A DNA stretch of 64,000 nt from Callorhinchus milii (Eukaryota). The notes beneath the pieces were generated by a model. It was given only the letters and a program-made list of their open reading frames with translations, ran no database searches and was not told where the DNA came from. A program made the position numbers and the translations under genes. Location: NCBI RefSeq assembly GCF_018977255.1, contig NW_024704742.1, positions 139,068,001 through 139,132,000 on the forward strand, given 5' to 3'. Positions 38,402-49,214 of this stretch are shown piece after piece (positions within the stretch are counted from its first letter, which is position 1; each line of letters starts with the position of its first letter).

Positions 38402-38459
38402 CAAATAACTCGGGGACAGAATAAATACATTCCCACAAAAGGGAAAAGTAGGGCTTCCA

Positions 38460-40100
38460 AACCTCCCTGTTTTCTACCACATCCCGACTCCTTGTCCCCC
38501 CCGCCGCCCCGCGCAAGTCATCTCCTCCAACCTTCATGTGAGGAGACGCTGGATTTCCTTGAATCCAAAATCAAGGGAATCCGCTCCACGGTCACTTCCC
38601 CTCCAACATCCACCCACCCCCCCCCCTCTCTCCCACACTCCGACTCCTACCCATCCTCCCCTACACACCTTCGTACCCGTTTCCCCACCCTCTGTCACTG
38701 AACTCATCCTGTCCCTGAAACCCACCACCTGCTCCCTTGACCCCATCCCCACTCCACTCCTTATCTCCCAGCTCCACCTCCTTGCCCCACATATCACAGA
38801 CATCATCAACCTGTCCCTCTCCTGTGGCTCTGTTCCCATTCCCCTAAAAACTGCCACCATCACTCCCACCTTGAAAAAACCCTCTCTTGATGCGTCGCAG
38901 CTATCAATCTCCGGCCCATCTCCAACCTCCCCTTCCTGTCCAAGGTCCTGGAACGAGTTGTGGCCTCCCAGCTGCGCTCTTTCCTCTCCACCCATTCATT
39001 ATTCGAACCCCTTCAGTCGGGTTTCCGTGCTGCCCATAGCACAGAAACTGCCCTGGTCAAGGTCACCAATGACATCCTGACCATCTGTGACCAGGGCTCC
39101 CTCTGCCTCCTCGTCCTCCTCGACCTATCGGCAGCATTCGATACGGTCGACCACACTATCCTACTCCACCGCTTGTCCTCCCACCTCAACCTTCAAGGCC
39201 CTGTCCTTGAGTGGTTTAGGTCGTACCTCTCCCACCGTCTTCATTTTGTTTCCACAAACGGCTTTTCCTCCACCCCCGCACTGTCTCGTGCGGTGTCCCT
39301 CAGGCTCTGTCCTCGGTCCCCTCCTCTTCACCCTCTATATGCTCCCCCTGTGGTGACATCATCCGCAGACATGGGGTTAACTTCCACATGTATGCGGATG
39401 ACACCCAACTCTACCTTTCCTCCTCTACCCTCAACTCCACGACCCCGATGTCCTGACAGCTGTCTGTCCGACATCGAGTCCTGGACGAGAGACAACTTTC
39501 TTCAGCTCAACGTGCGTAAAACTGAGGCCCTCCTGATTGGCTCACGTCAGCGCCTCCGCACCTCAGGCGCTGACAGCATCAGCATCCAAGGCTGCACTCT
39601 CCACCTCTCAAAGCCGTTCAGGAACCTCGGGTTCTGTTCGACCCTGAGCTGTCCTTTCTCCCACATATCTGCGCCACAACTGGCACCGCCTTCCATCACC
39701 TCCGGAACATCGCCAGACTACGGCACTACCTCACCCCTCACGCGGCTGAAACTCTGGTCCACGCCTTTATCACCTCAAGGCCGGACTATGGGAACTCTCT
39801 CCTCGCCGGCCTTCCCGGCCCTCCCTCCACACTGCAGGTCATTCAGAACTCTGCAGCTCGTGTACTATCCCGCAACAGGCTTCGCGCCCACATCACTCCC
39901 ACCCTTGCCCTCGCCCTCGCCCTCACTCCCACCCTCGCCCTCGCCCTCGCTTGCCTCCACTGGCTCCCCATCCCCCAGAGGATCGAATTCAAGATCCTCA
40001 TCCTCACCTACAAGGCCATTCTTCACGGCCTCGCTCCCTCCTACCCCTCCGACCTACTATCCCCCTACTTACCTGCCTGTACCCTCCGTTCCTCTGGCTC
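38460..40100 (+). mobile_element. L2 ORF2 fragment (RT), frameshifted
   Basis: [45 protein letters not shown]; tatgcggatgac (YADD). Confidence 0.92.
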
Positions 40101-41250
40101 CGGTATTAGGACCACTGCTCTTCTTAATATACATAAATGATCTGGACTTGGGTATAGGAAGTACCATTTCCAAGTTTGCGGACGACACAAAGTTAGGGAG
40201 AGGGTAAACAGTGAGAAGGATAGGAGCCGACTGCAGGAAGACATAGACAGATGGTAAAATGGGCGACACATGGCAGATGAGTTTCAATGTGAAGTAATGC
40301 ATTTTGGTAGAAAGAATGAGGGGCAATATAGGCGCTAATACAATCTTAAGGGGGGGTGAAGGAACAGAGAGACCTGGGGGGGCAGGTAACTGGATCCTTG
40401 AAGGTGGCAGGACAGGGAGATAAGGCTGTAAAGGGGCATATAGGATACTGGGCTTTATAAATAGGGGCATAGAGTACAAGAGTCAGGAGGTGATGATTAA
40501 CCCATATAAACACTGGTTAGGCCTCAGTTAGAATACTGCCCCAGTTCTGGGCCCCACACTATAGGAAGGACGTTAAGGCATTGGAAAGGGTACAGAGGAG
40601 ATTTACGAGGATGGGACCAGGAATGAGGGACCGTGATGATGAGGAAAGGCCGGAGAGGCCGGGATTATTCTCATTGGAGCAGAGAAGGTTACGAGGACCT
40701 AATAGAGGTCTTCAACATCATGGGGGGATTTGATGGGTTAGAGAGGGACAAACTGTTCCCACTGGTGGGAGTGTCGGTGACTCGAGGTCACAGATTGAGA
40801 ATAGTCTCTGAAGGAAGCCGAGGGGAGGGGAGAAGACAGTGCTTCACGCAGCGCGTTGTGGGAATCTGGAACATCGCCTGAAAGGGCGGTGGAGGCCGAT
40901 TCCATAACTACTTTTAACAACGCGGTGATGGGTATTTGAGGAGACGGGTTTGCGGGTTATGGGGAAAGGGCCGAGAGTGGGACTGACATTACATTGCTCT
41001 GTTCAAACAGTCGCACAGACTCGATGGGCCGAATGGCTTCTTTTTGTGCTGTACAATTCCATGATTCTGTGAATAATACCCCAAGAAGATTGATACATTT
41101 TTAAATCTAAAGGGATTAAGGGATAAAATGGGTGATAGGGCGGGGAAATGGAATTAGGCTAGAAGATCAGCCATGATCTTATCAAATGGTGGGGCACAGG
41201 CTCGAGGGGCTGAATGGCCTACTCCTGCTCCTTTTTCTTATGTTCTTATG
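40100..41250 (+). mobile_element. CR1 3' part(s)
   Basis: [31 protein letters not shown]; tails at ~41070 and ~41250; related to 62705-63695. Confidence 0.9.
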
Positions 41251-41443
41251 TAAAAAAAACAATAATAAATTGGTCATTTTCAATCCATGACTGTTTGTGG
41301 GATCTGCTGTGCGCAATTGGCTGCTATGTTCGCCCACAACTATAGTCATTTCACTTTACAGCATATTCTGTGAAGCGCTTTGAGACGTCGAGAAGATGTG
41401 AAAAGCTCTATGTCAAATGCAAGGATTATTATTATTATTATTA
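41250..41443 (+). mobile_element. 5'-truncated Deu SINE
   Basis: Deu core plus tail. Confidence 0.8.
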
Positions 41444-41444
41444 T

Positions 41445-43065
41445 CTGAGTCACAAGTTGTTGGTTCCAGCTCCATGTTGCGGTTTGGAACTCATAATAGT
41501 TAGACTGACACTCCAATGCAATGCTGGGGTGTGCTGCCGGTCAGAAGTGCCGCCTTTGGGAGAGAAATTAAATCGAGGTTCCGTCGCGTGTTCACAGAAT
41601 CATAGAATTACACAGCACAGAAGGAGCCATTCAGCCCATCGTGTCTGTGTCGGCTCTTTGAAAAGAGCTTCCAAATCAACCCCTCTCCCCCGCGCTATCC
41701 CCACAGCCCCAATCAACCCCACTCCCCTCTCTCCCCAACCCTGATCAACCCCCCCCCTCTCTCCCCATAGCCCTGATCAACCCCACTCCCCCTCTCTCCC
41801 ATAGCCCTGATCAACCCCACTCCCCCTCTCTCCCCACAGCCCCAATCAACCCCCACTCCCTGTCTGCCTCTCCCCATAGCCCCGATCAACCCCACTCCCC
41901 CGCTCTCTCGCCATAGACCTGCAAACTTGTCCTCCACAAATAATTATCTATTTCTTTGTTAAAAGTTGTTATGGAATTGTCTTCCCTCAGCCTTCAGGCA
42001 ATGCATTGCAGATCCCAACAAATCACTGTGTGAAAACATTTCTCCTCCCCTCCCTCTGTTTCTTTTAATAACCATTTTAAACCGGTGCCCTCGGGTTCCC
42101 GACCCACCGCCAGTGGGAATAGTCTCTCCTGTTCACTCTATCGAATCCCCTCATCATTTGAAAACTTCTATTAATTTTCCTCTTAACCTCTCTGTTCCCC
42201 GGAGAATAATCCTCACTTCTCTACCTCTCCTGATCACTGAAGTCCCTCATTCCTGGTACCATTCTGGTCAATCTCCTTCGCTCCCTCTCCAATGCCTTGA
42301 CATCCTTCCTAAAGTGTGGGGCCCAGAACTGAGCCCAGTCTCTCGCTGAGGCCCCACCAGTGATTTATATAAAGGTTCATCGTGACTTCCTGACTTGTGT
42401 ATTCTATGCCCTATTTATAAAGCCTCGTGTCCGGATGCTTTATTAACAGCTGTATCTCCCTGTCCGGTCACCTTCAGAGATTTACTATATGACCCCCAGG
42501 TCCTCTGTCCCTTCACCCCCTTTAAGATTGTACCATCAGCTTATATGGCCTCTCCTCATTCTTCCTCAAAAACTCCATCACTTTGCATTTCTCCACATTA
42601 AACCTCATCTGCCCGTGTCGCCCATGTTACCAGTCTGTTATCCCATTATAGTCTGTTACATCCTCCTCACTGTTTACTATTTTCCTATTAGTATCATCTG
42701 CAAACTTGAAATTTTACTCCCTATACCCCAGCCCAGGTCATTTATATCGATCAAATAACTATTATATATTTATAATTATGCACCTCTTTCCCCTCTGCAC
42801 CGGAATTCCCACTCTCACCAAATTCCTTAACAGAATTCCCACTCTGTTCCACGTCACTCAGTTTCTGCCTCACACTGCTGGCTCTCTGCTCTGCTCAGGG
42901 TGATCCCATGCACTATTTGAAAAGAGAAAGGAGTTTCTCCCGGTGTCCTGGCCAATTGCCCCCAAATAAAATTGGTTACTCCACTTGCTCTTGTGAAATG
43001 CTTTGACACATCCTCCTATGTGAAATCTGTCTTCCAAATGTAAAGATTATTATCATTATTAATAA
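41445..43065 (+). mobile_element. Older SacSINE1-like DeuSINE (41445-41593 and ~42893-43065), split by minus-strand CR1 pieces (41594-42890)
   Basis: ctgagtcacaag...gactgacactccaatgcaatgctgggg...aaatcgagg resumes as gatcccatgcactatttgaaaagagaaaggagtttctcccggtgtcctggccaa. Confidence 0.65.
41594..42755 (-). mobile_element. CR1 3' part with a 3'UTR minisatellite (~41690-41915)
   Basis: 42200-42600 is an inverted match to 7870-8270; TCAACCCCACTCCCCCTCTCTCCCCATAGCCC repeats. Confidence 0.88.
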
Positions 43066-43381
43066 TTACCATCTGAGTAAAGAAAAACTTCCTGGCATCT
43101 ATCCTGAACTTACACTTTACAACTCTAAACCTATGTCCTCTTGTTCTGCTGCCTTGGTGCATCCTAAAGTATTATTCTGGGGTTACTATTTAAATGTTCT
43201 TTAACATGTTATGCACATCTATGAGGTCCCCTCTGAATCATCTTCTCTCAAGACTGGAGCTCTATCTTATCTAATCATTGCTCATAGCTAGGACCAATAG
43301 AAACATTTGGGGAAAATTGTGGGGAAATTTCTAAGTGTAGATGGCATACATCTGTGGAATACTGTCTAGTTTACTGTCTCG

Positions 43382-43710
43382 TGGAGTCCTGTAGCTCAGT
43401 GGTTAGAGCACTCGCTTTGCAAGTGAGAGTCCTGAGTTCAATTCCAGGCAGAGGGCGAAACCTTGGGCAAGTTTCCTTACTCCACACGCCTAATAATAAT
43501 CCCTCCAAAACTAAAAACAATAATTAAATTGGTCATTTTCAATCTATGACTGTTTGTGGGACATTGCTGTGCGCAATTGGCTGCCGCGTTCGCCCACAAA
43601 TATACAGTCAATTCACTTTACAGTGTGTTCTGTGAAGCGCTTTGGGACGTCCTCCTGATGTGAAAAGCGCTATATCAAATGCAAGGATTATTATTATTAT
43701 TATTATTATT
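43382..43710 (+). mobile_element. tRNA/Deu SINE, young subfamily (clear full-length example)
   Basis: A box TAGCTCAGTGG, anticodon arm CTCGC-TTTGCAA-GTGAG, B box GTTCAATTCC, Deu core, L2-type tail and (TTA)n. Confidence 0.93.
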
Positions 43711-43962
43711 AGTTTAGCATGGGTTTTTTAATGTGTCAGCCACCTAGCTGACCCGTTAAAAAAAAGCCACGGTGCTTGACATCCAACTTAGAGACAAAGG
43801 TTTGTGTTTGGGACTAATAGCTATTTGGGAAAAATAACTGCATGAGGTTTGTGAGAGGTGGGGAATGTAGGATTATTGTTTTACTTTGAGTGGGCCACTT
43901 ATGTTCAATCGTGTCTTGCCAGGGTTTGTCCAGATAATAAACAGTATGTTTGAATTGGACAG

Positions 43963-44168
43963 GAATGGCTGCCTTGGACAGCAAGACCTCAGGGAAGATG
44001 GGGTTCCGTGCAGTGATATACTACACAACAACCACTGTCATCGCTGTGTGATCATAGGCATTATCATGGTGTTGATCATTCATCCTGGGAAAGGAGGCAA
44101 GGAGAATATGCATCGAGAGGGAAGATTGAACCAGTGCATTCAGCAGACGCCTTCATGGATTTAATAAG
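43963..44168 (+). CDS. SLC1A3: EAAT1-like, third coding exon, frameshifted as assembled (possible pseudogene exon or consensus error)
   Basis: After cag| the exon reads (G)[28 protein letters not shown], then an extra TG at 44049-44050 (creating TGA), then [24 protein letters not shown], then one base missing near 44120-44124, then (K)[14 protein letters not shown](R)|gt. It is 206 nt; removing +2 and restoring -1 gives 205 nt with correct phases. Confidence 0.85.
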
Positions 44169-44384
44169 GTCTGGTTTATCAAGTCTGGTCCCGCTGATGT
44201 TGTGTAAGATGTGGATCCAGTGCAGGTTCTGCTTGATCTGGTTCCAGTGTGAGCTGTTTAAAGTGTGGATCCACTTCAGATTGGTGAAAGGTTAAGTTCC
44301 ACAGCATGCTGTGTAGGGTGAGGTCCTGTAGCTCAGTAGTCAGAGCATTCGCCTCGCAAGCGAGAGGACCTGCGTTTGATTCCA

Positions 44385-44414
44385 NNNNNNNNNNNNNNNN
44401 NNNNNNNNNNNNNN
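44385..44414. other. Assembly gap (30 N)
   Basis: Run of N; it truncates a SINE head on its left side. Confidence 0.99.
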
Positions 44415-44484
44415 TTGGGAATAGTCGTATTGACTCTGATAAATGGACTCCCAAATTCCGGACTACCGACTCGTCTCTTAAGCG

Positions 44485-45085
44485 CAGCCCCTGCCTCCCC
44501 CACCAGCCCTGCCCCCCACCAGCCCTGCCCCCACCACCAGTCCTGCCCCCCCCCAAGCCCTGCCCCCTACCAGCCCTACACCCCCAGCCCTGCCCCCCCG
44601 CAGCCCTGCCTCCCCAGCCCTGCCGCCCCGAGCCCTGCCCCCCACCGCCCCGCACCCCCTGCCAGCCTACACCCCCAGCCCTCCCAGCCCTGCACCCCCC
44701 CACCCCTGCCCCCCCCCTTGCCCCCGCCCAGCCCTGCCCCCAGCACTACCCTCCCAGCCCTGCCCCCCCAGCCCTGCCCGCACCCAGCTCTGCCCACCCC
44801 GCCAGCTCTGCCCTCCCCAGCCCTGCCCCCAGCCCTGCCCCCCACAGTCCTTCCCCCCCGCAGCCTGCCCCCAGCCCTGCCCCCCCACCAGCACGGCCGT
44901 ACCCCACCAGCCTTCGCCCCCCCCCCAACCCTGCCCCCCCCCCCGCCCTGCCACACGCCCACCAGCCCTGCCGCCCCCACCAGCCCTGCCCCCACACCAG
45001 CCCTGCACCCACACCAGCCCTACCCCCCCACCAGCCCAGCCCTGCCCCCCTGCCAGCCCTACACCCCCCAGCCCTGCCCTCCCCT
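44485..45085. repeat. C-rich minisatellite (CCAGCCCTGCCCCC variants)
   Basis: Tandem variant units. Confidence 0.9.
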
Positions 45086-45189
45086 TCCCCCCGGCTCGGC
45101 CTCAGGATCCGCCATTGTTAAGCTCTGAGACGCCGCCCGGCCTGGAGCGCACTGTACAAATTCAAGTTGTTGTTATTGTTGTTGAGCTC

Positions 45190-45700
45190 AAACTTCCCAA
45201 CGTTGGGCTTGAAATTACATCTTTCTGACTCAGAGGCTACATCACTGCCAACTGAGCCAGGCTGACACACATGGACTGAGCCAGGCTGACACACATGGAC
45301 TGAGCCAGGCTGACACACAGCGACTGAGCCAGGCTGACACACAGCGACTGAGCCAGGCTGACACACAGCGACTGAGCCAGGCTGACACACATGGACTGAG
45401 CCAGGCTGACACACAGCGACTGAGCCAGGCTGACACACAGCGACTGAGCCAGGCTGACACACAGCGACTGAGCCAGGCTGACACACGCGACTGAGCCAGG
45501 CTGACACACAGCGACTGAGCCAGGCTGACACACAGCGACTGAGCCAGGCTGACACACAGCGACTGAGCCAGGCTGACACACAGCGACTGAGCCAGGCTGA
45601 CACACAGCGACTGAGCCAGGCTGACACACAGCGACTGAGCCAGGCTGACACACAGTGACTGAGACTGGCTGACACACGGTAACTGAGCCAGGCTGTGACA
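45190..45700 (-). repeat. SacSINE1-like head (45190-45270) whose 5' terminus is amplified as a 24-nt minisatellite (GACTGAGCCAGGCTGACACACAGC)
   Basis: Reverse complement reads gtgtcagcctggctcagttggcagtgatgtagcctctgagtcagaaag, preceded by about 18 copies of its first ~20 nt. Confidence 0.85.
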
Positions 45701-45721
45701 CTAACACTGTATCTCTCACAG

Positions 45722-45838
45722 CTCATGCGCTGCCCATGTTCCGGGAGCCCAGACAGAAAAGTACCAGGAAACAGCTGGAAAAGGACCGTTTGGATCCCAT
45801 CAAATCCCACAAGCCCGAACCCCCCGTCTCCGGCCCAG
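45722..45838 (+). CDS. WDR70: WD repeat protein 70, third-last coding exon
   Basis: ctaac branch-point-like motif and ctctcacag acceptor; encodes (P)HALPMFREPRQKSTRKQLEKDRLDPIKSHKPEPPVSGP(G), matching the WDR70 C-terminal region; donor G|gtaatg. Confidence 0.93.
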
Positions 45839-46089
45839 GTAATGCAGCCCCGCCGCCCCCATCACACACTCCCCCGCCATCACACACTCACCCCCCGCTC
45901 CCCAACACACACTCTCCGCCCCCCCCACCCCGTCACACACTCCCCCACCAACACACACTCCCCCACCCCCAACACATACTCTTCCCCACCCCCCGTCACA
46001 TACTCCCCACCATCACACATTCCCCCCCACACACTCCCACCCCCCCCGTCACTACCCCCACCCCCCCGTCACACACTCCCCTGCAACAC

Positions 46090-46090
<1 letters not shown>

Positions 46091-46127
<37 letters not shown>

Positions 46128-46432
46128 CCTTGCATTTGATATAGCGCTTTTCACGTCGGGAGGACGTCCCAAAGCGCTTCACAGAACACACTGTAAAGTG
46201 AATTGACTGTATATTTGTGGGCGAACGCGGCAGCCAATTGCGCACAGCAATGTCCCACAAACAGTCGTAGATTGAAAATGACCAATTTTTATTTTGTTTG
46301 GTTTTGGAGGATTATTATTAGGCTCTGTGTGGAGTAAGGAAACTTGCCCGAGGTTTGGCCCTCTGCCTGGAATTGAACTCAGGTCTCTCACTTGCAAAGC
46401 GAGTGCTCTAACCACTGAGCTACAGGACTCCA
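46091..46432 (-). mobile_element. tRNA/Deu SINE, young subfamily, in a WDR70 intron
   Basis: Full-length reverse-complement copy with a long (TAA)n tract. Confidence 0.92.
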
Positions 46433-46599
46433 CATACTCCACACCCCCGTCACACCCTCTCCACCACCCAACACACACTCCCCTTCCCCCCCTTCCCCCC
46501 AACCCTGTCACACAACTCTGCCCCCCGTCACATACTCCTCTTGCCCCCATCACTCCCTCCCCCCCCTGCATCACACACTCACGCCCCCAACACACACTC

Positions 46600-47005
46600 A
46601 ATGTGTGAGTGAGTGTGTGTTTGTGCGTGGGGGAGTGTGTGTGTGTGCGCGCGTGGAGGGAGTGCGTGGGGGGAGTGTGTACGCGTGTGTATGTGTGTGG
46701 TGGGGAGTATGCGGGGGGAGTGTGTTGGGGAGTGCGCAGGGGGAAGTGCGCAGGTGAGAGTGCAAGGGGAGTGTGCGTGGGGCGTGTGTGCGGGGGGAGT
46801 GTGTGTGCGGGGGGAGTGTGTGTGCGGGGGGAGTGTGTGTGCGGGGGGAGTGTGTGCGCGGGGGGAGTGTGTGCGCGGGGGGAGTGTGTGCGCGGGGGAG
46901 TGTGTGCGGAGGAAGTGTGTGTGGGGGGAATGTGTGTACGGGGGGGAATGTGTGTGGGAGGAGTACTGGGGGAAGTGTGTGTGCGGGAGGGTGCGTGGGG
47001 GGAGT
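46600..47005. repeat. GT/G-rich low-complexity repeat (GGGGGGAGTGTGTGTGC)
   Basis: Visible tandem units. Confidence 0.88.
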
Positions 47006-47064
47006 GGCGAGGTTCAGGGGCAGAGCTGAGCGGGTGGTCTCACTGACCCCGGTGTGTGCTGCAG

Positions 47065-47227
47065 GCCGGGGCGGTCGAGTCGGGACACACGGTGGGACTT
47101 TGTCGTCATTTATTGTGAAGAACATCGCGCTGGACAAAACGGACGACAGTAACCCCCGAGCGGCCATCTTACGCCACGCCAAGGAGGCCGCGGAGAACCC
47201 CTACTGGGTGGCCCCCGCCTACGTCAG
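47065..47227 (+). CDS. WDR70: WDR70, penultimate coding exon
   Basis: Acceptor tgctgcag; encodes (G)RGGRVGTHGGTLSSFIVKNIALDKTDDSNPRAAILRHAKEAAENPYWVAPAYV(R); donor AG|gtacag; phases are consistent with neighbouring exons. Confidence 0.95.
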
Positions 47228-47553
47228 GTACAGGGGAGGGGGGAGCGTGGGGGTCAGTGGAGCAGGCGGGGGTGCCTGGGTGGGGGAGGGCAGGGGAGCG
47301 GGCGGGGGTGCATGGGGGGGCAGGGGAGCCGGCGGGGGTACATGGGGGGGGCAGGGGAGCGGGCGGGGGTCCTGGGGGGTGCAGGAGAGCGGGCGGGGGG
47401 CCTGGGGGGTGCAGGGAGGCGGGCTGGGGGGTGCAGGGGAGCGGGTGGGGGTGCTGGGGTGCTGGGGGCTGGGGAGCCGTGGGGCGGGTCAGCACTAACC
47501 TGGCCCCTGACACCGGCTCTCGCTGACTCTCTTCTCTCCCGGGGACGGGACAG

Positions 47554-47641
47554 GACGCAGCCAAACGCAGTGTTTGCGGAGCCGGAGCCGGAGGAAGACG
47601 AAGGTGAAGATGAGCCTCAGTGGAAGAAGCGTAAAGTCTGA
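47554..47641 (+). CDS. WDR70: WDR70, terminal coding exon
   Basis: cag| then (R)TQPNAVFAEPEPEEDEGEDEPQWKKRKV-stop, matching the acidic stretch plus WKKRK ending of WDR70. Confidence 0.92.
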
Positions 47642-47774
47642 AGCTGGACGGGGCTCAGGGGGAGGGGCTTGGGGGAGCGGGGAGGGGAAGGAGGGAGGGA
47701 GGGGAGTGAAAGGGAACGAGAGGTGGTGGGGGAGGCGAGGGGTGAAGGGAAGAGTGTATTGGAGGGCGAGGGGT

Positions 47775-48052
47775 GGAGGAGAGAGCAGTGTATTGGGGGT
47801 TAGGGGGGAGAGCAGTGTATTGGGGAGCGAGGGGTGGGGGAAGAGCAGTGTATTGGGGGGCGAGGGCTGGGGGTAGAGCAGAGTATGGGGGGGGTGAGGT
47901 GTGGGGGGGAGAGCAGAGTATTGGGGGGCGAGGGCTGGGGGAGAGCAAGTATTGGGGGCGAGGGCTGGGGGAGAGCAGAGTATTGGGGGGCGAGGGCTGG
48001 GGGAGAGCAGAGTATTGGGGGGCGAGGGCTGGGGGAGAGCAGAGTATTGGGG
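47775..48052. repeat. ~30-nt minisatellite in the probable WDR70 3'UTR
   Basis: GGGGGAGAGCAGAGTATTGGGGGGCGAGGGCT repeats lie between the stop codon and AATAAA. Confidence 0.85.
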
Positions 48053-48072
48053 GAGTTGGGATAATGTGTAAA

Positions 48073-48078
48073 AATAAA
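48073..48078 (+). terminator. Probable WDR70 polyadenylation signal
   Basis: AATAAA about 430 nt after the stop codon, followed by a T/GT-rich tract (ttttactttatatattgtggttgtt). Confidence 0.7.
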
Positions 48079-48309
48079 CCTTTTACTTTATATATTGTGG
48101 TTGTTCTGGGATGTGGACGAAGGAAGAGAGTTTTGCTCCCGAAAGCTCGGATTGTGGGCCTGTGGGGGGCTTATGGGGCTGTGGGGGTCACGGTCTGAGG
48201 CAGTCAGTGGGTCGGCAGCGAGTGCCACTATCAGCCAACACAGGATTCCTCGCAGCAACTCTCAGAGGCCACTGACCTCCACAGAGGATCGACGGTCACT
48301 CGGTTCACT

Positions 48310-48538
48310 CCTGTCGCTCGCCTCGCAAGCGAGACACTGGGCTGCACTCCCGGCAGGTGAAACGCTGGGCAAGTTTCCTTACCCCCACACACACAGACAC
48401 ACACACAGACACAGACACCCACACACAGACATACACAGTCATACACACACAGACACACACACAGACACACACACAGACACAGACACACAACGCACACAGA
48501 CACACACACACACACACTGACACACACACACACAGACT

Positions 48539-48570
<32 letters not shown>

Positions 48571-49045
48571 ACACATACAGACACACACAACAGACACACA
48601 CACAGACAGACACACACACACAGACACACGCAGACACACACAGACAGACACACACACACACACACAGACACACACACAAACACACACACTGACACACACA
48701 CAGACACACACCCACACACAGACAGACACACACAGACACACAGACAGACACACACACACAGACACACATCGCACACACACACACACACACAGACAGACAC
48801 ACACACACACATACACACACGCTTCTGTTTATCCAGCAGTCAGTAGGAACCCGCTTGTTAGTTGATTGGCGGATCGCTTTACGGGGGTAATAATCCCTTC
48901 AAAATAATAATAACTTGACCACTCGATCCACGACTGTTTGTGGACACTGCTGGGCGCAATTGGCTGCCTTGTTTCACCTCAAAAATACAGTCACTACACT
49001 TTACAAAGTATCCTGTGAAATGCTTTGAGGTATCTTCTAAGACAT
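48310..49045 (+). mobile_element. Long-linker SINE containing a ~435 nt (CA/CAGA)n expansion (48385-48820)
   Basis: Head ...gggcaagtttccttacccc, then the CA array, then ttctgtttatccagcagtcagtaggaacccgc... continues the SINE. Confidence 0.85.
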
Positions 49046-49214
49046 AAGGGAGTTGTTGGGGGTGGGGTGGCTTTGGAGGAGAGGGGCTTGTTTGAGGGGT
49101 TGTTGGGGGAGGGGCTTGTTGGGGGCAGTTTGGGGGGGAGGGGGTTTATACTCTTCAGAGCAGAGGGGTTAGACAGTGATAGAGGTATTTAAAATAATAA
49201 CATGTTTGTTTCTG

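Noticed and set aside
38960..40207. 415-aa ORF as a novel L2-CR1 fusion protein
   Set aside because: The middle runs out of the RT frame; this is chance read-through across an element junction.
43383..43455. tRNA-Ala(TGC) gene (and similar heads elsewhere)
   Set aside because: D and anticodon arms and A/B boxes are present, but no acceptor stem forms and the head continues into a Deu core and LINE tail. These are SINEs.
44415..44482. Possible extra WDR70 exon or ribozyme just right of the gap
   Set aside because: The translation does not resemble the WDR70 sequence preceding HALPMF. There is only a weak ttggga/tcccaa stem, and no hammerhead core (CTGATGA...GAAA).
44179..45128. Proline-rich ORFs spanning the gap
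   Set aside because: They are a C-rich minisatellite plus N run, not coding.
18249..47641. Genuine SLC1A3-WDR70 fusion transcript
   Set aside because: The two parts are separated by an assembly gap, and the exon phases (2 then 1) are incompatible.
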